A stretch of DNA of 64,000 nt, taken from NCBI GenBank assembly GCA_050015075.1, contig JBEKCB010000026.1:12526-76525 (forward strand). The letters are read 5' to 3'. The DNA comes from Candidatus Brocadiia bacterium (lineage in GTDB: Bacteria > Planctomycetota > Brocadiia > CAIUPP01). The translations under genes were made by a program, and so were the position numbers. Shown in pieces: positions 39,701-47,985 of the stretch. Numbering within the stretch: the stretch's first letter is position 1; the number at the start of each line of letters is the position of its first letter. Under the pieces are notes generated by a model that searched no databases, was not told where the DNA came from, and saw only the letters and a program-made list of their open reading frames with translations.

Positions 39701-41584
39701 CTGAAGTCTAAATCGGCCAAGACGATCGAGACTCTGAAGGGCGAAAGCGAAAGCCACGCCGACGCGCTGGCCCGCGCTCGCGAGGAACTGGCCGAGTCGG
39801 TCACGCTCGCCAAAGCACAGCAGAAGAAAGCCGCCAAGGCGGAAGCGGAAGCCGCCTCACTCGCTCGCGAACTGCAAACCGTGAAGTCCGAATCGGCCAA
39901 GACGATGGAGAAGTTGAAGGCCGGAAGCGAAAGCCACGCCGACGCACTGGCTCGCGCTCGCGAGGAACTGGCCCAAGCCGAAACGCTCGCCAAAGCTCAG
40001 CAGAAGAAAGCCGCCCAAGCGGAAGCGGAAGCTGCGTCACTCACTCGCGAACTGGAAACGGTGAAGTCCGAATCGGCCAAGGCGTTGGAGACGTTGAAGG
40101 CCGGAAGCGAAAGCCACGCCGACGCGCTGGCCCGCGCTCGCGAGGAACTGGCCGAGTCGGTCACGCTTGCCAAAGCTCAGCAGAAGAAAGCCGCCAAGGC
40201 AGAAGCGGAAGCCGCGTCACTCGCTCGCGAACTGCAAACCGTGAAGTCCGAATCGGCCAAGACGATGGAGAAGTTGAAGGCCGGAAGCGAAAGCCACGCC
40301 GACGCGCTGGCTCGCGCTCGCGAGGAACTGGCCCAAGCCGAAACGCTCGCCAAATCGCAGCAGAAGAAAGCCGCCCAAGCGGAAGCGGAAGCCGCGTCGC
40401 TCGCTCGCGAACTGCAAACCGTGAAGTCCGAATCGGCCAAGACGGTGGAGACGTTGAAGGCCGGAAGCGAAAGCCACGCCGACGCGCTGGCTCGCGCTCG
40501 CGAGGAACTGGCTTCGGCTGCCCAACTCGCAAAAGTTCAGCAAGACCGGCTCGCCAAAGTCGAAGCGAACGCCGCCTCTGTCGCGAACGAACTGCAAACA
40601 GTGAAGTCTGAATCGGCCAAGGCGATCGAGACGCTGAAGGGCGAAAGCTCGCGGCACGCCGACGCGGTAGCTCGCGCGCGTGAGGAACTGGCCCAAGTCG
40701 CCACGCTCGCCAAAGCTGAGCAGGAGAAAGCCGCCTCACTCGCTCACGAACTGCAACAGGTGAAGTCTGAATCAGCCAAGACGATCGAGACGCTGAAGGG
40801 CGAAAGCACAAGCCACGCCGACGCGGTAGCTCGCGCGCGTGAGGAACTGACCCAAGCTGTCGCGCTCGCCAAGGCTGAGCAGGAGAAAGCCGCCTCACTC
40901 GCTCACGCACTGCAACAGGTGAAGTCTGAATCAGCCAAGACGATGGAGACGCTGAAGGGCGAAAGCACAAGCCACGCCGACGCGGTAGCTCGCGCGCGTG
41001 AGGAACTGACCCAAGCCGTCGCGCTCGCGAAAGCCCAGCAGGAAAGAACCGCCCGCGCGGAAGCGGAGGCGGCCGCAATCGCTCGCGAATTGCAAACGGT
41101 GAAGTCTGAATCGGCCAAGATGACGGAGACGTTGAAGGGCGAAACCGGCGGCCAGGCCGACGCGCTCGCCCAGGCGCGCCACGAAGCGACCGAGTCCGCC
41201 AAGTTCGCGAATGCGCAGCAGGCCAAAGCCGCAGAGGCGGAGAAACGGGCGGCTTCGGCAGCGCAGGAACTGGAACTGGAAGTGAAAAAGTCGGCTGAAG
41301 CCCGCCGGGCATGGGAAAAGGAGCGGGCCGGGTTCGTGTCGCGCGGCGGGTTTGCCGCGGCGATCGAACAGGCCCGCCGGCAGCTCGAGAATGAAACCTC
41401 GGGGCGCAAGCAGGCGGAGGCCGATCTCGAGAAGGCCCGCGCCGACGCGACCGCGTCCGAAAAGATCCAATCCCAGATGCGCCTGGAATTGGAGGCGCTT
41501 CGGCGCGAACGGGAGCAGTCCAGCGCCCCCAGAAAAGAGGAATCCCAGCAAGTCACAGAAGTTGCTGAAAAGAAGGCGCCTTGA
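36746..41584 (+). CDS. 1612-aa protein: N-terminal PAS-like domain plus very long tandem-repeat coiled coil
   Basis: LEGLLYPIVII...FMNDAARRLL...EIEWRGEKATQVSISDVT; Ala/Glu/Lys-rich rod with 60-aa repeats. Confidence 0.8.
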   Translation: MAHLSDSALMVRPEPVPAPAKTPQPAASPVQDQSALEGLLYPIVIIKRQACICFMNDAARRLLVEGLDRRLAAHIHDNPDMGAITQVRFTLQNGHDLFLEIRLGEIEWRGEKATQVSISDVTPYQGMIQGLLKKLETQKEALEELTARRSEAEQQLGAHSEALAKLQAELEAESAARTKTQESAGLREELDLATQEKARLRSDVTALIRVREELKESRLRLQKQVEELQAAAPRPQEQDTAGHAELEERARSLAAELEKTRSELELEARKSAEAGRTWETERAGFSSQAAALAASLEQARRQTDEETSQRRQAQVDFEKAREAASASEEIQSKLRQELEALRRDRAQISSHGEEKSAEVAELLEENKRLAHDLADRAVSEAGAHESEAGRANEKLAAQVEALQSELSAAAAERAGLESSAAALAAALEQARQQTEAEASRRRQAQADLEKGHAAAATSEKTRSELGQESELLWRNLEHLSALGEVQSLEGVALLEENKRLARDLAEHTPRESVLAAVCDALQEKAEALARELAAARQETERAVSEAHARELESGQVNEKLAAKIETLQSELSATATDREELQREIVNRLADDSSVRDEMQAEVAQRQSLEKEIAALRHDLAASERARAEAAAIFETLKAEARSHADVLACAREEVAEAVTLAKAQQKKAAQAEAEAASFARELQQVKSESAKTMETLKAGSESYADALARAREELAEAATLAKAQQEKAAGAEAEAASLADELQTLKSESAKVIETLKDESASHADAAARAREELAEAATLAKAQQEKAAQAEAEAASVAHELQTLKSKSAKTIETLKAGSESHADALARAREELAEAVTLAKAEQKKVAKAEAEAASLARELQTVKSESAKTMETLKAGSGSQADALARAREELAEAAQLAKVQQDRLAQGEAEAASLASELQTVKSESAKMMETLKAGSGSQADALARAREELAEAAQLAKVQQDRVAKAETDAASVAHELQTLKSKSAKTIETLKGESESHADALARAREELAESVTLAKAQQKKAAKAEAEAASLARELQTVKSESAKTMEKLKAGSESHADALARAREELAQAETLAKAQQKKAAQAEAEAASLTRELETVKSESAKALETLKAGSESHADALARAREELAESVTLAKAQQKKAAKAEAEAASLARELQTVKSESAKTMEKLKAGSESHADALARAREELAQAETLAKSQQKKAAQAEAEAASLARELQTVKSESAKTVETLKAGSESHADALARAREELASAAQLAKVQQDRLAKVEANAASVANELQTVKSESAKAIETLKGESSRHADAVARAREELAQVATLAKAEQEKAASLAHELQQVKSESAKTIETLKGESTSHADAVARAREELTQAVALAKAEQEKAASLAHALQQVKSESAKTMETLKGESTSHADAVARAREELTQAVALAKAQQERTARAEAEAAAIARELQTVKSESAKMTETLKGETGGQADALAQARHEATESAKFANAQQAKAAEAEKRAASAAQELELEVKKSAEARRAWEKERAGFVSRGGFAAAIEQARRQLENETSGRKQAEADLEKARADATASEKIQSQMRLELEALRREREQSSAPRKEESQQVTEVAEKKAP
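38651..41180 (+). repeat. Intragenic tandem repeat: 12 x 180 bp, 2 x 159 bp, plus a partial unit
   Basis: Unit starts at 38651, 38831, ... 40631 (180-bp spacing), 40790 and 40949 (159), 41129 (180). Confidence 0.95.
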
Positions 41585-41683
41585 ACCTGGCCCCGGCCGA
41601 CCACGGGAACTGCGGCGTGAAAACGCCAAGCGGCCCGCTGGCGAGGCATTCGTCCGCGCTGAAGTGAAGGCGCGGCATGGCTT

Positions 41684-42193
41684 TCACCAGCGCTCTTGCA
41701 GGACCAGGTCCGAAAGCGGCTTGCGCTTCTTGGGGCGCGCCGCGTCGGCGGGATAACCGACAGGCGTGAAGGCGATGGGCTCGACGCCCTGCGGCGTGCG
41801 CAGCACTTCGCGCGCGGCGGCGGCATCGAAGGCGCCGACCCAGCAGGTGCCCAGTCCCAGGTCGGCGGCGGCCAGGATCAGGTGATCCATGGCAATTGTC
41901 GCGTCCACGTCGGCATAGTTCTTTCCGTCTGAACGCTTCCAGGCCTGCGCCGGGACGGCGCAGATGCAAACGACGATGGGGGCCTGGGAAAACCATGCCT
42001 GCGGGTAGATGCGCTTGAGTTCCGCTTCGCGGCCCCGGGTGCGCATGACGATGATTTGAAACGGCTGCTTGTTCGCCGCCGTCGGCGCAAGCCGCGCGGC
42101 TTCCAGAACCGCCTGCAGCTTCTCCTCCTCGACGTTGTCCGGCTTGTATGCGCGCACGCTGTATCTTTTTGCGGCCAGTTCCAGAAAGCTCAT
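41684..42193 (-). CDS. Nitroreductase family protein
   Basis: RYSVRAY, APTAANKQP, LGLGTCWVG, VGYP. Confidence 0.92.
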   Translation of the reverse strand: MSFLELAAKRYSVRAYKPDNVEEEKLQAVLEAARLAPTAANKQPFQIIVMRTRGREAELKRIYPQAWFSQAPIVVCICAVPAQAWKRSDGKNYADVDATIAMDHLILAAADLGLGTCWVGAFDAAAAREVLRTPQGVEPIAFTPVGYPADAARPKKRKPLSDLVLQERW

Positions 42194-42265
42194 GCGATCC
42201 TCCTCTCTGACGAGACCCAACCCTGCGCACTGTCAACTTCATCCGCGCCGATCAGCCTTCGCTTT

Positions 42266-43654
42266 CTACCGGTCGCGCAATTTCGCTTGCAGCATAAGGT
42301 AGTGCGGCACGCTTCTCAGACCGGATCGCGCATCCGGCTTTTCGCCGGCCTCGTAGGATTTCTGGATCTCGAGATCATAAGGGACCAGCGCGCTCCACAT
42401 TCGCAGCAACCAAATCGTCGTATTCGCGTCGGTGCCGACCGTCACCTGGGTTCCCGGAGCGCTGTCGGGTTCAATCACGATATTGCCGGTGCCCTCATTC
42501 CACGTCCTGCTCAGAATCGTGCCGTTCAAGGCGCCGTCGCCCGCGGAGATCGGCCGCGAGGTCAACGAGTTCGGAACGCAGGCGCAAATGTTCGTCGCCG
42601 TGCCGCCGGCCGGACACACCGAGATTCGCATCCCGGCCCTGAGAATGGAAGGATTGAAATAGTACTGCTTCGACTGCCCCGGCCATTCCGACCCGGTCCA
42701 ACTGGTCTTGGCGGTGGCGATCAGGCGGTCAATCTCCGCCTTCGTGAAGACCAGGCCATGCTCGTACGCGGCGACGATGCCCTGTGTGTCGAGATGGTAA
42801 TAACCGCCGTTGGGATGCACGCCCACCCAGTGCTTGGGCGTGCCGTCGGGCTTGTAATCCCAGGGGCCGCCCGGCTGATTGTAATTCCAGATTTCGTAAG
42901 TGCCGTCAGGCTTGGGCTTCATGCGGCTCTTCATCACCTTGAACCACCGCTCCGCGCGGTCCTTGTATTCCGGCTTGCCCGTCACGTCCCACATCGCGAG
43001 CATCCAGCGGGCGATCTCGTTGCATTTGTTGTCCGGGTGCGAGGCGCCGTGGCCGGGGTCGTTCCGGGTGTCGAAGTCAATCCACTGCCGGTTGGCCGGG
43101 TCCAGCCCGTACGGCAGCACGACGGAGATCAGCCCGCCGTCGCCGGTCTCGCGCCAGCCGCCGCGCGCCACCCATTTCCGGTAGAGCTGCTCCACGAACT
43201 GGATATAGCTCTGGCCCTTCACGCCGTACTTCTTCTTCAGCGCGGGGTTCTTCGCTATCTCGCCGGCCATCAGGACGACCGGGCGGAAGGCCATCGCCTC
43301 GCTGAGCATGCTGTCGGTATTGTAGTCCTCCATGTGATCCACCCAGGTGCCGGTTCCATCCTTCCCGGGCCAGCCCAGGCAGCCGTCCGGCTCCTTGATA
43401 GCGCGCTTGATGACCGAGTCGGTCCAGTCCACCAGCATGTCCACGTACTTGGCGTCGCGGGTGGCCATGTAGCCGTAGTAGAAGCCATCCATGGCGGGCG
43501 CCACGCGCCAGGCGATGTCCTCACCCATCATGGTGTCGCACGTGCGCCGCTCCCTGGCCTCGGTGGTGATCTCCTTGTCCCAGAGGGCGAGCCATGATTT
43601 CTGCTTTGCCGCGTCCATCCTCGCGAGCGTCATGGCCGGATTCAACTTCTTCAC
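42266..43654 (-). CDS. Uncharacterised alpha/alpha-toroid-like protein, paralog of the 2081-4189 N-terminal domain
   Basis: EPDGCLGWPG, HPDNK, WVGVHPNGGYY, AYEHGLVF; GAGGAG RBS before GTG. Confidence 0.75.
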   Translation of the reverse strand: MKKLNPAMTLARMDAAKQKSWLALWDKEITTEARERRTCDTMMGEDIAWRVAPAMDGFYYGYMATRDAKYVDMLVDWTDSVIKRAIKEPDGCLGWPGKDGTGTWVDHMEDYNTDSMLSEAMAFRPVVLMAGEIAKNPALKKKYGVKGQSYIQFVEQLYRKWVARGGWRETGDGGLISVVLPYGLDPANRQWIDFDTRNDPGHGASHPDNKCNEIARWMLAMWDVTGKPEYKDRAERWFKVMKSRMKPKPDGTYEIWNYNQPGGPWDYKPDGTPKHWVGVHPNGGYYHLDTQGIVAAYEHGLVFTKAEIDRLIATAKTSWTGSEWPGQSKQYYFNPSILRAGMRISVCPAGGTATNICACVPNSLTSRPISAGDGALNGTILSRTWNEGTGNIVIEPDSAPGTQVTVGTDANTTIWLLRMWSALVPYDLEIQKSYEAGEKPDARSGLRSVPHYLMLQAKLRDR

Positions 43655-43777
43655 GACTTCTCCTCCTCTTATTCAATGACCGCTCTTGCGGGCCTGCCGG
43701 TTGAGTTGAGGCATCGTATCAAGTCTGCAAACACCGGACAATCGCCTGTCGCTGCTCGAGGGCGACCGCGCGGCGAA

Positions 43778-44467
43778 TCAATCGCCCTCGATCGCCACGG
43801 CCCGGACAGGGAAGGATTCCAGCCCGCCCATCCTGGCGGGGAATGCAAAGAACAGGAACCGCGTTTTCCGAAGCTGGTCCAGGCTGCTCAGCGCCTCGAT
43901 GATGGGGATCTCGTTGGAGAGCAGGAGGTCATGGAGATAGTACTTCTCAATCTCTTTCCCGAGGACCTGGGGATCTTCCGGGAAAACAGTGTCATCCACA
44001 CCCACCAGCTTGATCTTCTTCTCAAGGAGATATTCGACACCCTCCTTATCCATGTAGCACCGGTTCTCTCCCGGGTGCGGGCACTTGCCGATAAGGACGA
44101 TGTCGTCTTGCCGGACCTGAGCCCGGCGCAGCACCTCGGCCCCGATCGGTGTCTTCGGCGCCAGGTCCTTGCAGTCCACGAGCACCGCCATGCCGAAGAA
44201 CCGGTCGAGCGCGATTTCGCTGACGTCGTGCGCGGGCCTGCCGTGGAGCACGGGGACGAAGTGCGAAGGGGCCTCGACGTGCGTGGAGATATGGCTCTCC
44301 ATGTCAATGAAGTGCATGATCTCTCCGGGCGGGTAACGGAATTCCCGAATCTCGTATTTCCGTTTCCCCGTGCCGACCGGACCTTCCGCGTTGCCGGGCG
44401 ATGCCTTCTTGGTGAGATCAACAATCCTTCCGTTCGTCAGCCAGCGGCAGACTTGTTCCAGCTTCAT
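43778..44467 (-). CDS. Cyclase family (kynurenine formamidase-like) metallohydrolase
   Basis: HISTHVEAPSHF, VGVD, H...IIEAL, FPVRAVA. Confidence 0.88.
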   Translation of the reverse strand: MKLEQVCRWLTNGRIVDLTKKASPGNAEGPVGTGKRKYEIREFRYPPGEIMHFIDMESHISTHVEAPSHFVPVLHGRPAHDVSEIALDRFFGMAVLVDCKDLAPKTPIGAEVLRRAQVRQDDIVLIGKCPHPGENRCYMDKEGVEYLLEKKIKLVGVDDTVFPEDPQVLGKEIEKYYLHDLLLSNEIPIIEALSSLDQLRKTRFLFFAFPARMGGLESFPVRAVAIEGD

Positions 44468-44665
44468 CGGAGTGTCTCCCGGAATTGAATCCCTCCGCAA
44501 ATCGAGGTGACCGCAGGGTGCGACAACGGACTGTAGCTTGGCGGTTTTTCGCTGTCAAGGCGGATGCGGACACTCGTTGACGATGGTGGGAGTGCGTGTT
44601 AGAGTATGCGAGCGCAGGTGGGGCGCTCCAGTCTTGCCGGGTTTGCGGAATGGAGATCTGAGCCC

Positions 44666-45694
44666 ATGGCCAAGTCGCGATTTGCGTTCTTCGGCGCGGG
44701 ATACTTTGCGCGCCTCCAGATGGCCGCCTGGAAGGAACTCCAGGACGCCGAGTGTGTCGCGCTGTTCAACCGCACGCCCGCGAAGGGAGCGGCGTTCGCC
44801 CGCGAATTCGGCATTTCAAAAGTATACGACGACCCTGAAGAACTTCTGCGCCGCGAGACGGTGGACTTCGTGGACGTCTGCACCAACCCATTCAGCCTGC
44901 CCGATTTTGTCAGAATGATGGCCGCTCACAAGGTTCCGGTCATCAGCCAGAAGCCCATGGCGCCGTCGGTGGCCATAGCGGAAGAACTGGTCCGGACGTG
45001 CGCGCAGGCGGGAATCCGCTACCTGATTCACGAGAATTGGCGCTGGCAAGAGCCCATCCGGCAGTTGAAGGGGGTGCTGGATTCAGGCATCATCGGCACG
45101 CCGTTCCGCGCGCGCATATCCATGGTCTCCGGCTTCCCGGTGTTTGTCAACGAACCCACGCTGAACGATTTGGAGAACTTCATCCTCACGGACATGGGGA
45201 CGCACCTTTTCGACATCGCACGCTTCTACTTCGGCGAGCCGCGGAGCGTGTACTGTCAGAACCAGAGAATTCACAAGAACATCAAGGGTGAGGACGTTTC
45301 CACGATCCTCATGACCATGGGGGAGAACCGGACGTCCGTCTTCGTCGAGATGGGCTACCCGGAGATTCCGTACGAAAACGACGTTTTCCCACAGACGCTC
45401 ATTTTCGTCGAAGGAGAGAAAGGGACGGCCGAGATCACCGCCAACTACTGGGTGCGAGTCACGACGCGGACCGGCACGGAGGCCAGGCGATATCTCCCGG
45501 CCATCTTCAAGTGGTCCAGCCCGAATCATCTAATCGTGGATGCCAGCATCGTCACCTGCAACGATCATCTGCTGCGGGCCATGCGCGGGGAAGTCCAGGC
45601 GGAGACGCCGGGCGAAGACAACGTGAAGACGATTCGGCTGGTGTGGGCCTGCTATGAATCGGCCCGCGACGGCAAGGTCGTCCACCTGAAATGA
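44666..45694 (+). CDS. Gfo/Idh/MocA oxidoreductase (D-apiose dehydrogenase-like)
   Basis: GAGYFA, QKPMAP, HENWRWQ, DMGTHLFD. Confidence 0.85.
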   Translation: MAKSRFAFFGAGYFARLQMAAWKELQDAECVALFNRTPAKGAAFAREFGISKVYDDPEELLRRETVDFVDVCTNPFSLPDFVRMMAAHKVPVISQKPMAPSVAIAEELVRTCAQAGIRYLIHENWRWQEPIRQLKGVLDSGIIGTPFRARISMVSGFPVFVNEPTLNDLENFILTDMGTHLFDIARFYFGEPRSVYCQNQRIHKNIKGEDVSTILMTMGENRTSVFVEMGYPEIPYENDVFPQTLIFVEGEKGTAEITANYWVRVTTRTGTEARRYLPAIFKWSSPNHLIVDASIVTCNDHLLRAMRGEVQAETPGEDNVKTIRLVWACYESARDGKVVHLK

Positions 45695-46845
45695 GGAGCC
45701 CTGACATAACAGCCAGCTGGCGCCGGAGAATACGCGACGCGTACAAGTCGGCCATCGGCAAGAGGCGGAATGAGCTGGTGACGCCCGCCCTCATCCTGGA
45801 TCTGGACGTGGCCAGACGGAATATTGACTTTATGATGGGCAAGCTCAAAGGGCTGCCGGCCAAACTTCGCCCGCACGTCAAGGGGCAAAAGTGCGTGGAA
45901 CTGGCGCTGCTGCAGCTCGATGCCGGCGCGATCGGCATCTGCGCCGCCACGGTCTGGGAAGCCATCGTCATGGGCCGCGCCGGAATTGAAGACATCCTGA
46001 TCGCCAACCAGGTCGGCGGGACGGAAAAGATCCGCGCGCTGGCGGCTGCGGCTCGAAAGGGAAGCCTTGCCGTGGCCGTGGATGACCCTCGCAATGCGAC
46101 GGACCTGTCGGAAGCGGTCTGCGCGCAGAAGAGCACGCTGGGCGTTCTGATTGAGATAGACGTGGGCATGGGCCGCGGCGGCGTGCGCTCGCCGGAGGAC
46201 GCGGTCACGCTTGCCCGGCATATCAGCCGCCTCAAGGGGCTGCGGCTGCGCGGCGTGCAGGGCTACGAAGGCCACTGCATGCACGAACCGGACCGAACCG
46301 TGCGCGCCGGAAAGGTGAAAGCGGCCATGGCTTACGTGGCGGAGGTCGTGGACCGGCTGGCCCAAGCGGGATTCCCGTGCGAGGTGGTTTCCTGCGGCGG
46401 CACCGGCACGTATGACATCACGGCCGCGATCCCGATCGTTACGGAGATACAAGCCGGATCGTATGTCTTCATGGACAATTTCCACGGGAACCTTGTTCCC
46501 GGATTCTCCCGCTCCCTCACGGTGCTGGGCACGGTGGTCATCCAACACGGAAAGACGATCGTTTTCGATTCCGGCCGGAAGTCCATCGGGATTGACTTTG
46601 TCCAGCCTACGCTGGCGAAATACCCGCAGTACCAGGCGCGCTATTTCGCTGAGGAGCACGCGCTCTTTGACGTGGACGACCGGTGCGATCTCCACCTGGG
46701 CGACACGGCGGAGTTCATTCCGGGATACGCGCCCACCACCGTCAACCTGTACGACGCCTATCACGTGGTGGAGAAGGACGTAGTGGTGGACGTATGGCCC
46801 ATCATCCCGCGCGGGCCCGGGCATGCCGGCATGCTGTCGGCATAA
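45691..46845 (+). CDS. PLP-dependent D-threonine aldolase/D-serine dehydratase (DSD1) family
   Basis: TPALILD, RPHVK, GYEGH, GGTGT, QAGSYVFMD. Confidence 0.9.
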   Translation: MRSPDITASWRRRIRDAYKSAIGKRRNELVTPALILDLDVARRNIDFMMGKLKGLPAKLRPHVKGQKCVELALLQLDAGAIGICAATVWEAIVMGRAGIEDILIANQVGGTEKIRALAAAARKGSLAVAVDDPRNATDLSEAVCAQKSTLGVLIEIDVGMGRGGVRSPEDAVTLARHISRLKGLRLRGVQGYEGHCMHEPDRTVRAGKVKAAMAYVAEVVDRLAQAGFPCEVVSCGGTGTYDITAAIPIVTEIQAGSYVFMDNFHGNLVPGFSRSLTVLGTVVIQHGKTIVFDSGRKSIGIDFVQPTLAKYPQYQARYFAEEHALFDVDDRCDLHLGDTAEFIPGYAPTTVNLYDAYHVVEKDVVVDVWPIIPRGPGHAGMLSA

Positions 46846-46864
46846 GGTTCAACAGGAGAACGCC

Positions 46865-47809
46865 GTGAAGACTCCGCCGGCCCGAATGTCGAAGGAAGAA
46901 TTCGAGCAACTGTTCCGGAAGGTCTGCAATTGGGGAAAGTGGGGGCCGGATGACGAGCGGGGCACGCTCAACTACATCACGCCGGAGCATGTTCGCCGCG
47001 CCGCCGGGCTGGTGAAATCCGGGCGGAGCGTGTCGTTGGCCATACCGATCAACAAAACGGCGGGGCCCGACAACCCGGCGCCGCCGGCGCATTACATGGT
47101 CCGCAATCACGACCTGGCCGTGCCGCAAGGCGAACCGCGCTTCGCCGTGGACTACTTCGCCAGCATCTTCCACGGCGATTGCCACACGCACATGGACGCG
47201 CTCTGCCATATCAGCTACAAGGGGAAACTGTACAACGGCAAGCCCGCCGCGAGTGTGACTTCGCAGGGTCCCACAACGCTGGATGTTACGGCGTATGCGC
47301 AGGGAATCGTCGGCCGCGGCGTTCTCCTGGATATTCCGAAACTGCGCGGCGTCAAGTGGCTCGAACCGGGCGAGGCCGTGACGGGCGAAGAGCTGGAGGC
47401 GGCGGAAAAGGCCCAGGGCGTCAGTCTGGGCCAGGGCGATATGCTCGTCTTTCGTACGGGGCATCACCGCCGCAGGCTTGAGCTGGGGCCGTGGGACAAC
47501 AACTACGAGGGCGAAGGCAAGGCCGGACTGCACGCAAAAGCCATGGGCCTGCTGCACGAGAGAAAGGTCGCCGTGTTCCTTCCCGACGGCGACGGCGAGA
47601 CCGTGCCCTGCAACGTCGAGGGGATGTCCTTTCCGGTTCACGCGCTTCAGGTCGCGGCCATGGGAATGTGCGTGGCCGACAGCCTGCAGTTCGAGGAACT
47701 GGTCAAAGTCGTGGAGGAAGAGAAACGGCAGGAGTTCATGGTGGTCCTGGCGCCGCTGCGGTTGCCGAGAGGCACCGGGTCGCTGTTCAACCCGATTGCC
47801 GTCTTCTAG
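46865..47809 (+). CDS. Cyclase family protein
   Basis: NWGKWGPDDERGTLN, THMDALCH, GRGVLLD, GTGSLFNPIAVF; AGGAG RBS. Confidence 0.9.
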   Translation: MKTPPARMSKEEFEQLFRKVCNWGKWGPDDERGTLNYITPEHVRRAAGLVKSGRSVSLAIPINKTAGPDNPAPPAHYMVRNHDLAVPQGEPRFAVDYFASIFHGDCHTHMDALCHISYKGKLYNGKPAASVTSQGPTTLDVTAYAQGIVGRGVLLDIPKLRGVKWLEPGEAVTGEELEAAEKAQGVSLGQGDMLVFRTGHHRRRLELGPWDNNYEGEGKAGLHAKAMGLLHERKVAVFLPDGDGETVPCNVEGMSFPVHALQVAAMGMCVADSLQFEELVKVVEEEKRQEFMVVLAPLRLPRGTGSLFNPIAVF

Positions 47810-47951
47810 TGCTTCCTTGCGGAAATAGGCGTCCTATTTCCGCAAAGAAGCATGACCGCAATAAGTCGCGTCGTTAGACCGAGTTATACGTTCCGTTGGG
47901 CCGTGTTTAGTTGCGTAAATTGGTACGCCAATTTACGCAACTAAACACTAG
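47806..47951. mobile_element. 146-bp MITE-like element bounded by CTAG
   Basis: CTAG at both ends; 24-bp imperfect terminal inverted repeats, each part of its own hairpin (21-bp perfect stem at 47903-47948). Confidence 0.7.
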
Positions 47952-47985
47952 TTCCGCGCGGAAGGCATGCGCCCCTGCGCCGCGG

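Noticed and set aside
38651-41180. 180-bp periodic array as CRISPR or satellite DNA
   Set aside because: In-frame coding repeats without unique spacers; no cas genes
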